Positions 13,200 to 27,748 of a stretch of DNA of 64,000 nt are shown here, in pieces. Below the pieces are notes generated by a model. It saw only the letters and a program-made list of their open reading frames with translations, searched no databases and was not told where the DNA came from. A program made the translations under genes and the position numbers. Source of the DNA: Octopus vulgaris (lineage: Eukaryota); assembly GCA_951406725.2 (NCBI GenBank), contig OX597840.1, positions 17,794,001 to 17,858,000 of the forward strand. Reading direction: 5' to 3'. Each line of letters begins with the position of its first letter. The stretch's first letter is position 1.

Positions 13200-13605
13200 A
13201 GAGTGGCTGTGTGGTAAGTAGCTTGCTAACAAACCACATGGTTCCGGGTTCAGTCCCACTGCGTGGCATCTTGGGCAAGTGTCTTCTGCTATAGCCCCAG
13301 GCCGACCAATGCCTTGTGAGTGGATTTGGTAGACGGAAACTGAAAGAAGCCTGTCGTATATATGTATATATATATATATATATGTGTGTGTGTTTGTGTG
13401 TCTGTGTTTGTCCCCCTAGCATTGCTTGACAACCGGTGTTGGTGTGTTTACGTCCCCGTCACTTAGCGGTTCGGCAAAAGAGACTGATAGAATAAGTACT
13501 GGGTTTACAAAGAATAAGTCCCGGGGTCGATTTGCTCGACTAAAAGGCGGTGCTCCAGCATGGCCGCAGTCAAATGACTGAAACAAGTAAAAGAGTAAAA
13601 TAGTA
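13200..13605 (+). mobile_element. SINE-A, near full length
   Basis: Nearly identical to 37171-37575; tail gtaaaagagtaaaa. Confidence 0.9.
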
Positions 13606-14400
13606 AAAGAGAGCCCCAGAAATACATTTAGAAACTTCTCTATTGATTTTGAAACTTTCTTCTCGTTCATCCCCGTCCACTGTTCAGTAGTCTCTCATTT
13701 GGTACACTTCCCATCAAGTATTTTCAACATACTGCATGTCGATATGTACCTGTATATAACATATGTGTGTATAGCGTGTAAGCATGCGTGTATGTATACA
13801 TGTACGTATATTTATATGTTTCCTTCTCGTTTTATTTGGAGTTAATTTTAACCGGTCACCTGATTCTTAGCAGACTTCTAAAGGAAAGCATCATGTTATT
13901 TTCATCATCCTTTAAAACTTAACAAAATCGTGCTGGATTTTATTGCCTAAAATATTGTTACCATTTGTAGATTAGAAATTCAGTTTCAGTTTTAGCCTCA
14001 AGAACACAAGCTGAGGTATTCTTTCACCCAGGCAACCGCCTCTCTATAACCTGTGATATTTTCCTTCCCTTAGATCGTCCAGTACATTTCCTATTACCAA
14101 CACTAGTTTGCTGGATTTCGTCTCCCTCCTTGGACGCTGTTTCAGAAATCTCATCTGCTACGGATACTAATTTTCAATGATTCTACGAAACTTCAAACAA
14201 TGTAGTTTTCCTGAATAACATTATAAATCTTCAGAGAAACATTAATTACCATTGTGGACACCGTATTTCGTTATACAACTATAATATGCTACAAAGTGTA
14301 TTAAGTGTTTTATAAGTCAATATTGTGTTCTATTGTGTTAGCAGTGCTATTACACTGCTTGTTATCGTTATCTTTATAATTTCATTAGAAAATCTGTAGA

Positions 14401-14647
14401 GGCATAGGAGTGGATGTGTGGTAAGTAGCTTGCTTACGAATCACATATATATATATAGTAGAAGACACTTGGCCAAGGTGCCACGCAGTCGGACTGAACC
14501 CGGAACCATGTGATATATATATATAGTAGAAGACACTTGGCCAAGGTGCCACGCAGTCGGACTGAACCCGGAACCATGTGATATATATATATATAGTAGA
14601 AGACACTTGGCCAAGGTGCCATGCAGTCGGACTGAACCCGGAACCAT

Positions 14648-14722
<75 letters not shown>

Positions 14723-14771
14723 GAAGACACTTGGCCAAGGTGCCACGCAGTCGGACTGAACCCGGAACCAT

Positions 14772-14835
<64 letters not shown>

Positions 14836-15002
14836 AAGACACTTGGCCAAGGTGCCATGCAGTCGGACTGAACCCGGAACCATGTGATATATATATATAT
14901 ATATATATAGTAGAAGACACTTGGCCAAGGTGCCACGCAGTCGGACTGAACCCGGAACCATGTGGTTCGTAAGCAAGCTACTTACTACACAGCCACTGCT
15001 GC
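14401..15002 (-). repeat. Minisatellite of six ~56-bp SINE-A head units with (TA)n spacers, closed by an inverted head fragment
   Basis: Unit tagaagacacttggccaaggtgccaYgcagtcggactgaacccggaaccatgtg at ~14456, 14525, 14595, 14719, 14833 and 14909; 14401-14446 is inverted relative to 14960-15002. Confidence 0.9.
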
Positions 15003-15044
15003 GGTATTAAAAGCTCTTAACGAAATTGGTGATGAGTATTTAGA

Positions 15045-17200
15045 GCTGTGTGAGGAATCCACATTCTGGCAGATTAATTCCAGTTGGAAGGGAAAGAGTG
15101 CGGGGATATGCCGAGCAATTGCTAATCAACAAAACTGCGATGTCAGAGGTGCGAGAGCATAGGAGGAACCTAGTTTCAATGTGGCTAGACTACAAGAAAG
15201 CCTTTGACTCTGTTCTCCAGTCATGGATGCTAGAAGCCCGTCAACTTGCCGAAGTTCTAATGAAAATAGTCAAAGCCATAGCTAACCTGACTTCATCGTG
15301 GGCCACCATCTTGAAATTAAATACAAAGAGTGAATGTATTATCACTGATAGAATACAATATCGCAAAGGCATATTCCAAGGGGACAGCCTCTTTGTGATG
15401 TTTATACTTTCTGCAAACCCCTTGTCATTCATGTTAAGGAGGACTGAGGGATATATCACTGGTTCACAGGGAAACAGGAATACCAAAATTACACACTGTT
15501 TCTTTGTGGATGACTTAAAACTTTCTGCAAAGAATATCCACGAGATGAAAAAGAGCCTTGACCTAGTTACAACATTTTCAAAGAATGTAGGAGTGGAGTT
15601 TGGTCAGGATAAATATAGTTATATAGTTGTGAAAAGGGGTAAACTATAAACCATCAATGACTTGACCGTTTTCCCCTATATCTGACAAGGAATGTTACAG
15701 GTATCTAGGGGTGGATGAAAATATACCTTACAGTGGTACTTGTAACAAAATACGTGTCACTAAAGAATATTAGAGCCGAATAAACAAAATTTGGACCTCA
15801 GAACTCTCTGCATTCAATAAAACAATTGCAGTGCCAGTACTCACACCAACATTTGGGCTGCTTCATTGGACGCTTGATGAGATCCGAGCCATTGATGTGC
15901 AAACCTGATAAATACTAACAAGCACACATAATATTCACATAAGCAGTGATGTAGACTGCCTCTACCTAAAATGAAAACAAGGCGGCAGAGGCTTAACATC
16001 GATCCAAAATGCCTTTGAATGTCGCATCATATCCCTTCGGCAACATCTTTTAACCACCAAGTGTCGAAGCGCATCCCTTGACCAAGTTTGCACACATGAG
16101 GCTGATAACATCATAAGACTTGGAAGGCAGCTCCTTGAGCAGCATTCCTTGTTTGATAACCTGAAATACATTCCCAAAGAAGTCACACGACATATCATCA
16201 GATGAAAGGATGAGCCTATATGAGCAGAAGACTGCATGAACTTGTTAGTACAAAGCTCCATGGTGATAGTAACATTGATCATCAACGCAGTCTATCATGG
16301 ACCAATAACCGGATTACTACCTCCCACTTTGAAGGGTATGCGTTTGCAATCTAGGAACAGAAAATATTAACCAAATACCTGATGCACAAGAGGGATAGAG
16401 ATGCAGGAAAAGCAGTAAAATGTGACAACCGATGCAGACTTTGAGGTGTTCACACTGAAGATATAACCCACATCATAAGCAGTTGTCCGAAAATGTCACC
16501 ATGGTATAAATCCATCAATGAGACATGATGTAGCTAGGACACTTTATAATGAAATCCGTCGGAATGATAATCCCGAGGACAAAGAAATAAGAACCCACAG
16601 TATGGTAGAAGCCATAGCCACTCATAATAAAAAGGAGTATTGGTGGAATGTACCAGTGAAGACCTCAATAAAATGTAAGCGCAACAGACCTGATATAATG
16701 ATTTGGGACAGAGAAGAGAATCTGTGTACAGTTGTGGAAATTAGTTTCCCAGTGAATGTTAACATAAAGCAGAAGATCAGCGAAAAAGAGGATACCTACG
16801 CTGAACTATTGGAAAATCTGCTGTTATGCTATCCAGATTACAAGTTCAGGTTTATACCTATAATTATTGGGGCCCTGGGATATGCAACACACTACCTAAA
16901 TACCATTCTTGAGAAATTAAGCTTCTCAAAACCAGAAAGGAGAAAGCTAATTCGAAGACTACAGATCCAATCCATCACTGGAACTGTAAAAATCTGTAAA
17001 ACTATGAATCTATGAATAGTTGACTGACCAAATCCAGGCTTCTCTGCAAGTTCCTCAACAGTTATGATGGGATTTTATTTTGTAGGATGTCCTCGTCGAG
17101 CTCTTTCCGGAAGTTTATCATTTAAATATATACGAGTATGTCTAGGTATGCAACTATATGCATGAGAATACATACATAGAACATACAAATCTGAACATAC
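15045..17200 (+). mobile_element. Decayed R4-clade RLE LINE (RT, CCHC, RLE), 5'-truncated, followed by (ATAC)n
   Basis: WLDYKKAFDSV, GIFQGDSL, FVDDLKL, YRYLGV, CRL...EDITHIISSC, RHDVA, NRPDIMIWD..VVEIS, FIPIIIGALG; multiple stops and frameshifts. Confidence 0.88.
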
Positions 17201-17249
17201 ATACATACATACATACATACATACATACATACATACATACATACATACA

Positions 17250-17282
<33 letters not shown>

Positions 17283-17827
17283 CCGACGGGCTGCCGCACA
17301 ATGTCCGTCAACCAATAAGGCATTAGTCCACTCAGGGCCATAGTAGAACGGTAGAAGACACTTGTCCGGAGTACTGTGCGGTGGGACTGAACCCAGAACC
17401 ACTGACTTTCAAAGAGAGATTCTTCACCATACAGCCTTGCCTGTGCCTAATGTCAAAGTATCAGAAACTTTTCACTGAAAATTGAAATGGCGGATCGGCT
17501 GTTTAGAAAATTACAAAGCAAATATTTTGTTCTACGCAAACATTTTATTCCCAGTCCGTTGATTTCAATCTGATAAAATACGTTTTGTATGTTATTGATT
17601 TTATCTCTACACAGGCCTCCAATTAAATGTTTCATTACTGCTTTCAGTATCTGAATATTCTTACAAGCAATTCCTTCCTTAATTCTTCAAATTTTGTTCG
17701 AATATCGGATACGGGTAACTCGGAGTTAGCAGATTTGAAGTTTTAGCATTGATGATCGATATTTTAATACTCCTCTTTCAATAATAAGTAACTTGTTTTT
17801 GGTATTCATTTTTTTATACTGCTGACT

Positions 17828-18154
17828 TTAGAGTCTTCGGCCACGAATGACCATAATATTGTACCTAGAAAGTTCCTCTCCGAGGTACTAATCCTGGCAA
17901 GGTTGTTTGTGGAAGACTACTAGTCGCCCATACATACCAGCTTCCCCATTGATGTTTATCCAAGGGAAAGGCAAAGGGGCTGAAACAGCTCAGTCCCAGT
18001 GACGCTGAAAGTCATTTCTACAGCTGAGTGAACTGGAGCAACGTGAAATAAAGTGTCTTGTTCAAGAACACAACACACAGCTCAGTCCGGGTATCGAACT
18101 CATTACCTCATCATTGTGAGCTCGATGCTCTAACCACTGAGGAATGCACCTTCA
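17828..18154 (-). mobile_element. SINE-F copy
   Basis: Minus strand cctcagtggttagagcatcgagctcacaa...gagttcgatacccgg...ttgtgttcttgaacaagacact; homologous to 12003-12312. Confidence 0.75.
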
Positions 18155-18255
<101 letters not shown>

Positions 18256-18455
18256 CGAGGGTGTGCTGAAATGTTCCTGGCTTTGAATAAAAGGAAATAC
18301 ATGAGATTCAGTTAATTATGATTTTATGCAACATATTCTCCTCTTAGATTCACACACTTATTGCAGCAGTCCTTCAGTTTTTCTAAGCTATATAAAAGAA
18401 CTCGGAAGATTGGGCCTCCAGCCAGGCCTATTGCAATATCTTTAAAGTCAGGAAC
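18256..18455 (-). mobile_element. Mariner 3' terminal fragment
   Basis: TA + CGAGGGTGTGCTGAAA TIR; minus strand encodes LEKLKDCCNKCVNLRGEYVA*, like a mariner transposase C-terminus. Confidence 0.7.
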
Positions 18456-18485
18456 AACGCCACTTCGCGCGCGCGCATGTGTTAA

Positions 18486-18775
18486 GGCGCGTGGTTAGGG
18501 CGTTGCAGTTACGATCGCTAGATCATGGGTTCGGATCTCGGACCGAGCCATGCGTTGTGTTCTTGAGCAAAGCGCTTCATTTCCCGTTCCTCATCGATCT
18601 CTTCGACACCTGACGTGCGTCACACTTGTGCACCTGCACAGACAACGTCGAGTTGATGGAGGGAGTGAACTAATGTACAAAAACATACATTTGATGATCG
18701 CTATTGGGCAGGTCGTTTACCAAAAGCTGTGCAGTCATACGCGTACGTCGTCATCGACAGGAGATTCCATCATAT
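18486..18775 (+). mobile_element. SINE-E (tRNA head + gcgttgtgttcttgagcaaagc), diverged
   Basis: Related copies at 54857-55140 and 26537-26790. Confidence 0.6.
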
Positions 18776-18781
18776 TTACAT

Positions 18782-18839
<58 letters not shown>

Positions 18840-19743
18840 GTATATACACACACACACGCACATACCGAGAGAGACATCGAAACAGTGAGTGTGTATGTGT
18901 GTGTGAGAGAGAGAGAGAGTAAATGTAGAAAAGCATAAGGTTCAGAACAGTTCATAGTTTGTATTCAACAGTTGTTTCATTACGATAGACAGTAAATGTA
19001 ACGTGACATAATCATGATACCTTGGATTTATTTTTTATGTCTAGACATCAATTCCCGCTCTTTCTTTTCTCCTTCATTCCCACTCCTTCTTTCTCTGTAA
19101 ACACTCACGCGTATATATACTCGTTTGCACGATCTGTTACCTTGTGTTATCTTTGTTTCAATAACAAACTATAAAATAAATTTTTCGTATTATTTCGAGT
19201 TTCGTCTGCAGTGTATCAGACCCTAATAACCATATCTGATAGGAGTTAGTCACTCAAGAAGATAACGGTTCTATCGCAACGAGTTGAAACTGCGAAGATC
19301 CCAAGATAGAGAGATGATGAGGGGCGTCACTTCGTATGTCCCATCTTTTATGTATTTTCACTGCATGTGCCAAATTTCTTAAGCGCTCGCACACACTAAC
19401 ACACACACACACACACACACGCACGCACGCACACACACACACACACACACACATACACACACACTGCTTTTACTCGTGGGAAAATTGTGTGGCAGCATTA
19501 AATGAAGCGTAAGAGCAAAAGAATAGGATAAAATATGTTCCCAACTTTTTGGTATAAAATGTACGGGAACAATATACTGGAGATAACATTGCACTCAAGA
19601 AAATATTGTTTTCTGCACGCATGTGTGTATGAATGTATGTATGTATGTATATATGTATGAATGCGTATACATGTACATATATATGTACACACACAAATAT
19701 ACATATGCACATATATATATAAATATATATATATATTTGTATG

Positions 19744-19780
<37 letters not shown>

Positions 19781-19827
19781 GTATGTATATATATATGTGT
19801 ATATATATATATGTGTGTGTGTGTGTG

Positions 19828-19865
<38 letters not shown>

Positions 19866-20230
19866 CGTACATAAGTATATAAACTCAGAGGGAGAGGGGA
19901 GAGAGAGAGAGAGAGAGTGGGTCGTGTGAAAAAGAAAGAAAGTGTGTATCTTAGATAGAGATCGATAAATCTATGATGGATCGCGCGACTGACAGATCAA
20001 TTTCGACGCCATACTTAATAACTAAACAGACGAGCGCAATCAAAGCAGTGTTTACTCGATGTTAATTGTTGTTGTTGTTGTTAGTGCGTTCGTGTTTGTG
20101 TTGCTAACGTTGTTGTTAATGCGGCATTGCCGTTGTTGTTGTTGTTAATGTTTTTGTTGTTGCTAAGGTGTCCTCAGCTGATGTCTGAAACTTTTACACG
20201 CTGTTAGCCATCGAGGTTGCTGCTATGCGT

Positions 20231-20850
20231 CCTTCTTCTTCTTCTTCTTCTTCTTCTTCTTCTTCTTCTTCTTCTTCTTCTTCTTCTTCTTCTTCTTCTT
20301 CTTCTTCTTCTTCTTCTTCTTCTTCTTCTTCTTCTTCTTCTTCTTCTTTTTCTTCTTCTCCTCCTTCTTCTTCTTCTTCTTCCTAGTCTTCTTCTTCTTC
20401 TTCTTCTTCTTCTTCTTCTTCTTCTTCTTCTTCTTCTTCTTTTCTTCTTCTTCTTCCTATTCTTCTTCTTTTTCTTCTTCTTCTTCCTATCTTCTTCTTC
20501 TTCTTCTTCTTCTTTTTCTTCTTCTTCTTCTTCTTCTTCTTCTTCTTCTTCTTCTTCTTCTTCTTCTTCTTCTTCTTCTTCTTCTTCTCCTCCTCCTCCC
20601 TTTCTCCTCATTCTTCTTCTTCTCCTTCTCTTCCTCACTTCTTCTTTTTCTTCTTCTTCTTCTTCCCTCCTCCTCCTCCTTCTCTTCCTTTCTTCTTCTT
20701 CTTCTTCTTCTCTTTCTTTCTTCTTCTTCTTCTTCTTCTTCTCCTCCTTTTTCTTCTCCCCCTCCTCCTCCTCCTTCTTCTTCACTTGCTCTCTTCTTCT
20801 TCTTCTTCTTCTTCTTCTTCTTCTTCTTCTTCTTCTTCTTCTTCTTCCTC
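20231..20850. repeat. ~620-bp polypyrimidine (CTT/CCT)n tract
   Basis: Seen directly; nearly purine-free on the + strand. Confidence 0.95.
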
Positions 20851-21317
20851 TTGTTGCTCTATGTTCTTGTTGTTATTGTTCTTCTTGTCATATGGGATTC
20901 TGCCGTTTGAAATATTCTATATGGGACCAAATTTACCGAAAACTTTACCACACACACACACATACACACACATGCATATAAGTACACACAAGCACACGCA
21001 CACATTCGCATATCCCACTATACATTGGTGATGGTGATGGTGATGGTGGTACTTGTAACAGTCATAAAGATGTTCTTTTCTATTCTAGGCGCAAGGCTTG
21101 AAATTTTGGGGGAGGGATTTCAGTCGATTAGATCGACCCCAGTACGCAACTGGTCGACCCTGAAAGGATAAATGACAAAGTCGACCTCGGCGTAATTTGA
21201 ACTCTCGTTGTTGGCGCCATTATTTATCCTCCCCCCCCCCCTCTCTCTCTCTCTCTGCGCATGTGTAAGAGTGAACAGTGTCTGTCACTCTGTGTGTATA
21301 ATATGCCTTTTATCTCA

Positions 21318-21524
21318 GGCGGCGAACTGGCAGAGACGTTAGCGCCCCGGGCGAAACGCTCAGCGGTATTTCGTCTGTCTTTACGTTCCGAGTTCAAATT
21401 CCGCCGAGGTCGACTTTGCCTTTCATCCTTTCGGGGTCGATAAATTAAGTACCAGTTACGCACTGGGACCGATGTAATCGACTGGCCCCTTCCCCAAAAA
21501 TTTCATGCCTGGAGTAGAAAAGAT
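21318..21524 (+). mobile_element. SINE-B (tail type B2), full length, with MetaSINE-like central domain
   Basis: GGCGGCGAACTGGCAGA...GAGTTCAAATTCC (A/B boxes); central gtcgactttgcctttcatcctttcggggtcgataaattaagtaccag; inverted partial copy at 21075-21205. Confidence 0.85.
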
Positions 21525-21939
21525 TTTTGTCCATTCGCAGACAGTTATAACTCTATTAATCTGTAATGGTTTCTGATTTATGCAATTGACTAGCAAATTT
21601 TAGGGAGAAGAGTTAGTCGGTACCATCGAGTAGAAAAGAATGTCTTTTACTTGTTTCAGTCATTTAACTGCGGCTATGCTAGGGCATTGCCTTGAAGAAC
21701 TTTTAGACGAATGACTTGAGCCTGGTACTTAATTTTGTTAAGCCTAGTACTTACTTTATCGTCTCTTATGCCGAACCGCTAAGTTACGGGGACGTAAACA
21801 CACTAGCACCGGACCAGTTGCCAATATATATAGATGGTCGAAACTGAATATTACCCGTTGGGCGATAACTGATGAAGAATTACACACCTTCTGTTTGTTT
21901 CCCATTCGTTTTTACATTCAGTATACGCTATATATATAA

Positions 21940-22778
21940 AGTTATTTTTTAATTTAAAATATACACTCCATTTTCTACAATGTTCTTCCGTCTGTCTTGT
22001 AGACTTGCAAGGGCCCTCTTCCAAAACTCACTTGTCTACGATGAAAAATTCTCTTCCAGTACCGTTCTGACCTCGTCTACAGAATTTATATTTTTCCATC
22101 CAAATGATTTTGAAGACTGTAGAATAAATGATAATGAGATGAGGCAATGTCCGGCGAATATGGTAGGTGGGGCATTGTTTCCTATTCAAACTGCTCCAGC
22201 CTTTCGAATGTCATCCTCACTGTATATGGCCAATCATTATCCTGATGGAAGAACACCTTTCATCTTGAAGCCAAAGATGGTCGTTTTTCTTCTAGTGCAG
22301 GTTGATTAAGCAAATCCAGGCTTATCTGCTAGTTCCTCAATAGTTACGATGGGATTTTATTCCACCACGGTTTGTAGGATGTCCTCGTAGAGCTCCACAG
22401 ATCTTCCGGAACGAGGATCGTCTTCTAGACTGTAGTTTCCGGCTCGGAATCTCTGGAACCACCGTTGACACTGGCCTACGCTTATTGTCCGATCCCCATA
22501 TACTACATTAATATTCTTCGCACTTACTGTTGCATTGTTGCCTGTATTGAACACATAAATCAAAATACGCTGAATATGCTCCTTTATCACTTCCATTATA
22601 GCTTAGAAAAAAATAACTGTTAAAATAGAACTGCACTCTTCAAAACTTGCACTAAGAATAAGGCCAAGGTAAAATTATTACCTACTTTTATAGCAAGTCG
22701 ATGCAGGGAGTTTATCCTGATCACCTCCGACCTTTAGTTCATACAATTGAAAAAACTGCATCATTTATGGGATGACCC
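21940..22778 (-). mobile_element. Internally deleted mariner transposon
   Basis: N-terminus MEVIKEHIQ...RWFQRFRAGNYSLEDDPRSGR; C-terminal HLPYSPDIA (YSPDL-like) and NHLDGK; left end gggtcatcccataaatgatgc. Confidence 0.85.
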
Positions 22779-23319
22779 AGAGGGGACAAACAAGGACAGA
22801 CAAACGGATTAAGTCGATTACATCGACCCCAGTGCGTAACTGGTGCTTAATTTATCGACCCCGAAAGGATGAAAGGCAAAGTCGACCTCGGCGGAATTTG
22901 AACTCACAACGTAACGCAGACGAAATACCGCTAAGCATTTCGTCTGGCGTGCTATCGTTTCTGCCAGCTCGTGTCTGTATATGTTTGTGTGTCTGTGTTT
23001 GTCCCCCCTCCCCAACATCGCTTGACAACCGATGCTGGTGTTATACGTCCCCGTAACTTAGCAGTTCAGCAAAAGAGACCGATTGAATAAGTACTAGGCT
23101 TACAAAGAATAAGTCCTGGGGTCGATTTGCTCGACTAAAGGCGGTGCTCCAGCATGGCCGCAGTCCCATGAGTGAAACAAGTAAAACAGTATCTGGTGGG
23201 TGTTTTTTTTTTACTTACTTTGGTAGAGAATACTCTCTCCTCGAGAAAGTCCTTCAAAGCCAAAGTTATATATTCTCGGAAAATTTCTGTAAGGGCACAT
23301 TTCACCGGCTTATAATCCT

Positions 23320-23367
<48 letters not shown>

Positions 23368-23559
23368 AATTATCGTTGCGTTTGGACCTGCTATTTACCA
23401 TTGTAGGGAGACAGTGGTCAATTACTTTAGTGAGTAGTGTAGTTTGGCGGGCCTCCCTATGGATTCCGTTGGAATGTCACAAGCTTCGAAACTACGTGGT
23501 CGTCTCACATCATTCACGTTTTCGTTTTTGTCTATAGAGTTAGGAAGAAGGAAAAATTT

Positions 23560-23870
23560 CGATTTTTAAATAAATTTACAGTTACTAACCGTCCTCTTAT
23601 GTTTTACAAATGTTGCTTGTTGGTGCAGTTGCTTCGCAGTAAAATGACTTAATTCTGGATGCAGACCATCCCAATATGGTTTCAATCGATTCATATTGCC
23701 AACAGCAGGGTTTTGTTTCACTTTTTCGTAGCAGTTAAATAGATCATTATTCAATTCATAACTCCAACAGAAATAAGTTTTGTAATTACGGTTACCTGTT
23801 GAGCTGTTGTCTTCGTTCTGTTCCTCGGTAATGCTGTTGATGTGTCAAGCCATGTTTGTAGTATGCCACA
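23560..23870 (-). mobile_element. R4/Dong-like ORF N-terminal (Myb-like) fragment
   Basis: WSYELNNDLFNCY..V.....GNMNRLK.YWD.LHPE....TAKQLHQQA resembles the N-terminal region of R4-clade ORFs. Confidence 0.55.
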
Positions 23871-23895
23871 CTTGGTTGGCAATTATATATATATA

Positions 23896-23952
<57 letters not shown>

Positions 23953-24074
23953 GAAAAATACAAACTGGGACAAGAACGTAAAACATTTAGAAGACGATAC
24001 AAAAAATACGGACGGGACATTCGAAGCCTTCAATCTTCAGTCAAGAACCGGATCATCCTAGCAATTTCGGCTGA

Positions 24075-24110
<36 letters not shown>

Positions 24111-24174
24111 AATGTATATACATATATATATATGATATATATATATAATATATGTGTATATATATATATGTATG

Positions 24175-24223
<49 letters not shown>

Positions 24224-24348
24224 GAATGTATATGTATATATGTACACCACATACATTTGATCACTATAACAAAATCACTTGTGCAAGTCGCTCAGCAAAA
24301 GCTGAACATACGTTGTCTTCAACTGAAGATTCCATTATATATATGTAA

Positions 24349-24397
<49 letters not shown>

Positions 24398-24399
24398 GG

Positions 24400-25093
<694 letters not shown>

Positions 25094-25174
25094 ATATCGG
25101 TTTCAACACACGATTTCGCATCAGGAATCTTGGAACACAAACTCATAAACGTATATATATCTCTTTCTTTTACT

Positions 25175-25575
25175 TTTTCTTTTACTTGTTTCAGTCATTT
25201 GACTGCGGCCATGCTGGAGCACTGCCTTTAGTCGAGCAAATCGACCCCGGGACTTATTCTTTGTAAACCCAGTACTTATTCTATCGGTCTCTTTTGCCGA
25301 ACCGCTAAGTGACGGGGACGTAAGCACACCAGCATCGGTTGTCAAGCAATGCTAGGGGGACAAACACAGACACACAAACACACACACACACATATGCATA
25401 TATATATATATACATATATACGACAGGCTTCTTTCAGTTTCCGTCTACCAAATCCACTCACAAGGCATTGGTCGGCCTGAGGCTGTAGTAGAAGACACTC
25501 ACCCAAAGTGCCATGCAGTCGGACTGAACCCGGAACCATGTGGTTTGGAAGCAAGCTTCTTACCACATAGCCACA
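25175..25575 (-). mobile_element. SINE-A, near full length
   Basis: Reverse complement of the 37171 copy. Confidence 0.9.
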
Positions 25576-25919
25576 AGTTTATCGTATGTGTGCATTCGTA
25601 CCATTGTTTGCTCCCTCCCCCGCCCCAACCCTTGACAACCAGAGTTGGTTAGTTTACGTCCTTGTAACTTAACGGTTCAAACAAAGAAACTGATAGAATA
25701 AGTACCTGACTGACGGGGGGGGGGGAAGAAGTTTTAGGGTCGATTTGTTCGTATGAAATACTTGAAAACAGTGCCCCAGCATGGCCGCAGTCCAAAGACA
25801 GATAAACATTAAAATATTCTTTGTTCTCCCCTATTCGGTTTTGTTGTTATCGGTCTTGTTATTGTTATTGTTGTTGCTGTTATTTGTGTTCCACCCCTTT
25901 ACCAATCTCCCATTCAGTT

Positions 25920-26474
25920 CTTAATTTTGGGGGAGGGGGCCAGTCGATTTGATCGACCTCAGTATGCAATTGGTACTTAATTTATCGACCTCCGAAAAGA
26001 TGAAAGGCAAAGTCAATATCGGCGGAATTTGAACGCAGAAGGCAGCAACAGGCGAAATACCTATTTCTTTACTACCCACAAGGGGCTAAACACAGAGAGG
26101 ACAAACAAGGACAGACAAACGGATTAAGTCGATTACACCGACCCCAGTGTGTAACTGGTACTTAATTTATTGACCCCGAAAGGATGAAAGGCAAAGTCGA
26201 CCTCGGCGGAATTTGAACTCAGAACGTCGTCAGACGAAATACCTATTTCTTTACTACCCACAAGGGACTAAACACAGAGGGGACAAACAAGGACAGACAA
26301 ACGGATTAAGTCGATTATATCGACCCCAGTGCGTAACTGGTACTTAATTTATTGACCCCGAAAGAATGAAAGGCAAAGTCGACCTCGGTGGAATTTGAAC
26401 TCAGTACGTAGCGGCAGACGAAATACCGCAAAGCATTACGTCTGGCGTGCTATCGTTTCTGCCAGCTCGCCGCC
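25920..26474 (-). mobile_element. Head-to-tail array of three SINE-B units
   Basis: Junction gaaatacctatttctttact repeated at ~26055 and ~26236. Confidence 0.85.
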
Positions 26475-27696
26475 TTTTTGAGAAGGAAGAATGACTTCTT
26501 ACCGTTTTTTCATAGACGGAACTGTAAGAGTCAAGACACGTAGCCTAGTGGTTAGCGTGTTGCTCGCAAGGATGTGATTTCAATTCCCGGACAGAATGGT
26601 GTGTTGTTTTCTTGAGCAAAACGCTTCATATTACGTTGTGTTCTCGCGCAAACAAAGCACTTCACTTCACTTTGCTCCAGTCCCCTGCGACGGACAGGCG
26701 TCCCGTTCGCGTGGGACGGGGGTAATGCTATGATCTCGATGACATGGAAACAGGGTACCGGCCTTACGAGTCATGGAACTTGAGATAATAACGTCCGGGG
26801 GTTATGACACCGATGACGACGACGATGATGATGATGATGATCATGATGATGATCATGATGATGATGATGATCATGATGACGACGACGACGACGACGTTGA
26901 TGATGATGATTAGATGATGATGATGATGATAATATGATGACGATGACGACGATGTTGATGATGACGATGATGATGATGAACTACAAAACCATCGATAACT
27001 GTCCTCCCGGCTCTTTGCGTCCCGAGTTCAAATGCTGCAATGGCCCACACTCAGAGGAAAACCAAGGCCAAAATCCAGTTTAACACCAGCACTTGGTCCT
27101 TAACTACGTTTAGTAGGGTCCATCCTGTTGTCATTATCCAGTTGAAAACCACCTCCTAGCACTTTGAGTGCTTTTAGCGGAAACCACAATGTTGCAGGCA
27201 TTCGGGACATGTCCCCTCTTTATGGACAGCATTCTCTCTCCACCACCCGACCAATTTCGGAAGCCCAGTAATTATTTATCATCACTGTCTTGCTCTCATT
27301 TCTGCCTAAAAGTTGTTTAAACAAAAGTTGCATTATACCGTTCGTTATATAAACTAATCGATATTGCCAGAGCCAGTCTGCAAGTACTGGAGTCGATACG
27401 ATCGATTTTACCGTTGAAAGTCGGTGACCCAGCATGGCCGTTGCTCTGGGACTGGAACCAATGAAAAAATAATTGGATGTAGAGGATCGTACACGTATAT
27501 ATACAAACGCATACATGGGCGTACTCACACACACACACGTATGCACACGTACGCACACGCTCGACGTATGCACATATATGTTAATGTGTGTTTGTGCCTG
27601 TGTATATGTATGTGGGAAGTAGGAGAGAGAGAGAGAGAGAGAGTCGTATATATCATCCACACGTGTGTGTGTGTGTGCGTGCGTATAGGTAGGTAC

Positions 27697-27748
<52 letters not shown>

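Noticed and set aside
14456-14963. Repeat-spacer pattern superficially like a CRISPR array
   Set aside because: Spacers are only (TA)n, repeats are SINE heads, the context is eukaryotic, and there are no cas genes.
20204-20981. Poly-R/E/K and poly-L/S ORFs
   Set aside because: Translations of the (CTT)n tract.
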